A stretch of 64,000 nt of DNA from Scyliorhinus canicula (taxonomy: Eukaryota). Positions 59,850 to 64,000 of this stretch are shown here, one piece after another. Made by a program: the position numbers and the translations under genes. The notes beneath the pieces are model-generated. The model made no database searches. It saw only the letters and a program-made list of their open reading frames with translations, and was not told the origin of the DNA. Position 1 is the first letter of the stretch. Each line of letters opens with the position of its first letter. Location of the stretch: NCBI RefSeq assembly GCF_902713615.1, contig NC_052149.1, positions 126,917,256-126,981,255 on the forward strand, given 5' to 3'.

Positions 59850-62800
59850 CCTCCGGTGGCGGCTATGAGGGAGTAAGTCTCACATTTGGTGGCTCGCGCT
59901 CCAGTCTGACTTTAAGACCTTTTCCCCCGATTTTTTTGAACTTTTCAGCGCTGGAGTGAAAAACAATAGCACTCTAGATCTGAATCCATACAGAGTTGTC
60001 TGGACTTAAGGAGCAGAAGGGAGCGAAAACAGGCGAAGGAGGGGCTGTCAAAGGTGGTGTGGAAGCTCAAGTGGGAGGAAAGATGGCCGATGAACGGACC
60101 ACGGAACGGACGGTCCAGACAGCACCGGACAACATGCTGAAGGTCATGAAAGAGAGCTTCGCAGCACTGAAGCGGGATAATTTGGAACCGCTCCAGAAAG
60201 CGGTGGAGCGACTTGACCAGAGGCTGGACGCTCAGGATAAGGAGGTCCAGGCACTGGAGAAGAAAGTGGAAGAGCAGGCGGATTTCCAAACGGTAGCGGA
60301 CGTGGAAATTAGAAAGTTGAAGGAGCAGCAAGCAAGGCTGATGGATAAGCTGGAGGATCTGGAAAACATTGGGCTCCCGGAGGGGGCCGAGGGAGTGGAT
60401 GCCACGGTATATGTGGCAGACATGCTGCAGAAGCTGGTGGGGGATGATTTCTTCCCGCGTCTGTTGGAGCTGGGCAGGGCACACAGAGTGCAGGCGAGGC
60501 AGCCACGAAGGGGAGGGGAGGGGGGGATTGTGGTCAGGTTCCGTAGGTTCGTGGACAAGGAGCGGGTTCTACAGTGGGCCAAGAGCACGAGGAGCTGCTC
60601 ATGGAACAACAGTGTCCTGCGCATCTACCAGGATCTGAGCCAGGAGGTGGCCAGAAGGAGGGCAGCCTACAGACAAATTAAAGGGATTCTATTTAAAAAG
60701 GTCAGGGTTGGGCTACTTTTCCCGACGCAGCTTTGGGTCACATACAAGCCGAACAGCAACATTATTTTGAAGTGATGGACTTCGCTAAGGGGCATGGACT
60801 GGTGCCGAACTGAGGACCCATGGACTCAGGTTAGGGTGTACTAAGGGATGTCTGCAGTTGTTCCCAGATTGCCCTTTGTGTTAGCGATGTCGTTCGGCAT
60901 GCTCTTTTACTTAAAAATTGGGGGTGTTCTTGTGTTTGTGTTTGCCTGTTTGAAAATTTTAAAGTTAAAGCCAAAGTTATAGTTAAAGTTTAAGTTATTG
61001 GGTGTTGGGGGGCTGTTCGAGTTCTTTTTGCTTTTTCTCTGGGAATGTTGGGAGGGGGGTAGGTGGCAGCACCCACCTCATTACACAGTTTGAATTGCAC
61101 TATTGTGGGAACGAGCTTTGTTCTTTGTTTGTTTTCTCTCTGTTTTGGTCCCAGAGCGATTGCTCGAACAGGGCTGTTCTGGGGAGGTGGTGTGGATGGG
61201 TGGGGGGGAGGGGAGCGGGGGGGACAATAGGTGGGAGACATGGTGGCGCCGGAGTTGAGAGCCACCAGGGTAGCTGCTTTGAGCTAGTCAACAGGAGCGA
61301 GGTGGGTGGTGTGTATACAGCCAGTATAGGACAGGGTTAGGTTACAAGGGGTTGTTGCTGGGGGGGGGGGGGGGTGGGAGGGGGGGTAAGATAAACTACT
61401 GACGAGGGAGTGAACTGAACCAGGTAACAGGGAAGGGGTCGGGGGTGGGAGCTGCCAAGAGGCGGACAAGGGGAGACGCGGCACATGGGCAGGGGGTGGG
61501 CCCAAGAAAGGGGGATGGCTGATCGGCGTTTGGGGGGGGGGGGGGGGGGGAGGGAGTGCAGGGTGCCCTCCAACCAGGCTGATCACCTGGAATGTTAGAG
61601 GATTAAACGGGCCGGTCAAGGGGACATGTGTGTTCGCGCACTTAGGGGCTCTGAAGGCGGATGTAATGTTACTGCAGGAGACACATTTGAAAGTGGCGGA
61701 CCAGATTAGATTATGGAAGGGCTGGGTTAGCCAGGTCTTCCATTCGGGGCTTGATGCTAAGACCAGAGGGGTCGCGATCATGATTAACAAATGGGTTAAG
61801 CTTGAGGCGAACAGCACAGTTGCGGATGGGGGGAGGGGTAGATTTCCCATGGTCCGAGGCAAGCTTGAGGGGGTGAGGGTGGTCCCAGTGAATATTTACG
61901 CTCCAAACTGGGATGATGTAGATTTCATCAAAAGGCTGCTGGGGAAAATCCCCGACTTGGATTTGCACAAGTTGATTATGGGTGGGGACTTTAATACAGT
62001 CCCCGACCCCGACCTGGACCGGTGATGTACCATCAATTGGACGAGACACACTATGAATGTCAAAACTTAGGCTTTAATCAGCTAGATGTTAGCCCGGTGT
62101 CCGACTACAGAGAAAGGCCGACCGCCGGGAATTCTGGGGGGGTGGACCCCTGGAGAATCAGCCGGCTGACGGGGAAGGAGTTCTCGTTCTATTCACATGT
62201 TCACAAGGTTTATTCTCGTATTGACTTCTTTATTATGAGTAGGGACTTTTTGGAGGGGGTGAGGGATACTGAATATTCGGCGATCACTATTTCAGGCCGT
62301 GCTCCACATTGGGTCGACCTGCTGGTCTGCAAAGAAAGTTACCAGCGCCCACAATGGAGGTTAGAGGTGGGATTGTTGGCAGAGGAGAGGGTGTGTGAGC
62401 GAGTGGGGAAATGTATGCAGGACTACCTGCAGGTCAACGATACAGGGGACGTCTCAGCAGCGGTGCTCTGAGAGGCACTGAAGGCCGTGGTGAGAGGGGA
62501 ACTGATCTCAATCCGAGCCCATAGGGACAGAACGGATAGGGCAGAGATGGACAGACTGGTGCAGGAGATGACACGGACGGATAGGGAATATGCGGAATCC
62601 CCGAGGGCAGAGCTCCTTAGGGAACGACGGAGACTGCAGGCGGAGCTGGGAGCGCTATCCACTGGGAAGGCCGTAGAGCAACTCAGAAAGGCCAGGGGTG
62701 CGGAGTACGGGGAGAAAACCAGCAGAATGCTTGCACAGCAACTTAGGAAGAGGGAGGCAGCCAGGCAGATAGGGACGGTAGTGGATGGGGTAGGGAACCG

Positions 62801-63822
62801 GGTGGGAGACCCGGCAGGACTGAACAGGGTATTCAGGGACTTTTACAGTAAGCTGTGTACCTCAGAACCCCCCACGGGGCCGGAGGGGATGAGGCGCTTC
62901 TTAGATGGGCTGACCTTCCCAAAGGTGGGCAGCGGGATGGTAGAGGGGCTGGGGGCCCCGATTAGAGCTGAAGCAGCACGGTAGCATGGTGGTTAGCATA
63001 AATGCTTCACAGCTCCAGGGTCCCAGGTTCGATTCCCGGCTGGGTCACTGTCTGTGCGGAGTCTGCACGTCCTCCCCGTGTGTGCGTGGGTTTCCTCCGG
63101 GTGCTCCGGTTTCCTCCCACAGTCCAAAGATGTGCGGGTTAGGTGGATTGGCCATGATAAATTGCCCTTAGTGTCCTAAAAAGTAAGGTTAAAGGGGGGG
63201 TTGTTGGGTTATGGGTATAGGGTGGATATGTGGGTTTGAGTAGGGTGATCATTGCTCGGCACATCGAGGGCCGAAGGGCCTGTTCTGTGCTGCACTGTTC
63301 TATGTTCTATGTTCTAAGTAATGGGGAGCCTGAAGGCCATGCAGTCGGGTAAAACCCCGGGGCCGGATGGGTATCCAGTGGAGTTCTACAAAACGTTCTC
63401 GGGTATAGTGGGGCCGGTGCTGGTTAGGGTGTTTAACGAGGCGAGGGACAATGGGGTGTTACCCCCGACGATGTCGCAAACCACCATCTCGCTGATATTA
63501 AAACGGGATAAGGATCCGGAGGTCTGTGGGTCCTATAGGCCAATCTCCCTGATTAATGTAGACGCTAAACTGCTGGCCAAGATCCTGGCATCCAGAATCG
63601 AGGACTGCGTACCGGACGTGATTGTGGAGGACCAAACGGGGTTTGTTAAGGGCAGGCAGCTAGTAGCCAATCTAAGAAGGCTACTCAATGTGATTATGAT
63701 GCCCCCGGAGGGCAGAGAGGTGGAGGTAGCGGTGGCAATGGAAATGGATGCCAAAAAGGCTTTTGACTGGGTGGAATGGGACTATTTATGGGAGGTGTTG
63801 GGACGGTTTGGGTTTGGAGAAG
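59850..63822 (+). mobile_element. Second L1-clade LINE (5' UTR, ORF1, EN, RT N-half), disrupted and ending within RT
   Basis: 5' CCTCCGGTGGCGGC; ORF1 60083-60810 homologous to 6336-7110; TWNVRGLN, LQETHL, DAKKAFDWVEW. Confidence 0.9.
62973..63315 (+). mobile_element. HE1-like SINE with (TGTTCTA)n tail in L1 ORF2
   Basis: Nearly identical to 32236-32584. Confidence 0.92.
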
Positions 63823-64000
63823 GCTCTGTGGCAGCGGCGTGCAGAGGTCTGGTGATGCCCGGGGCAAATCTTGATTATATGCCCCCAAAGACTCAAGTAT
63901 AAGGCCTAATATACTGAGAAATATTATGAGAAAGGAAAACATTTTGAATATATAAACACAGATGAAACATGAAATAAACGCTTTAAACATAGAACAGTAC

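Overview
Vertebrate genomic DNA, almost certainly from a cartilaginous fish; the repeat complement resembles a catshark, but the species is an inference. The only host gene material is at the left edge, on the minus strand: an intact, unrearranged immunoglobulin kappa-type (nurse-shark NS4/type III-like) light-chain minicluster. It has an octamer/TATA promoter, leader exon, V exon with a 12-bp-spacer RSS and, 414 bp away, a J with a 23-bp-spacer RSS. The C exon is not in the window and presumably lies to its left. The remaining ~62 kb upstream of V is a nested transposon landscape: L1-clade LINEs (one full-length with target-site duplication, TSD), CR1 and CR1-like LINEs, a Rex1/Babar-like LINE, tRNA-derived SINEs, PIF/Harbinger elements and MITEs, and solo LTRs. 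It also holds many tandem arrays (23, 36, 42, 48, 54, ~90 and 91 bp units) and a 12.8-kb satellite of a 16-bp monomer. Most notable: (i) the satellite reads GGGTAGGGTGATAGCT on the Ig sense strand, so it is G-rich, G-quadruplex-competent and has one AGCT AID hotspot per 16 bp, like an Ig switch region; (ii) a complete minimal type I hammerhead ribozyme in a Penelope-type inverted repeat; (iii) ten perfect nuclear-receptor DR3 elements 1 kb upstream of the V promoter; (iv) a CR1-like LINE that appears to start with a tRNA-Thr-derived SINE head; (v) repeated birth of minisatellites from inside transposon sequence. Most long ORFs in the supplied track are repeat artefacts or TE fragments.
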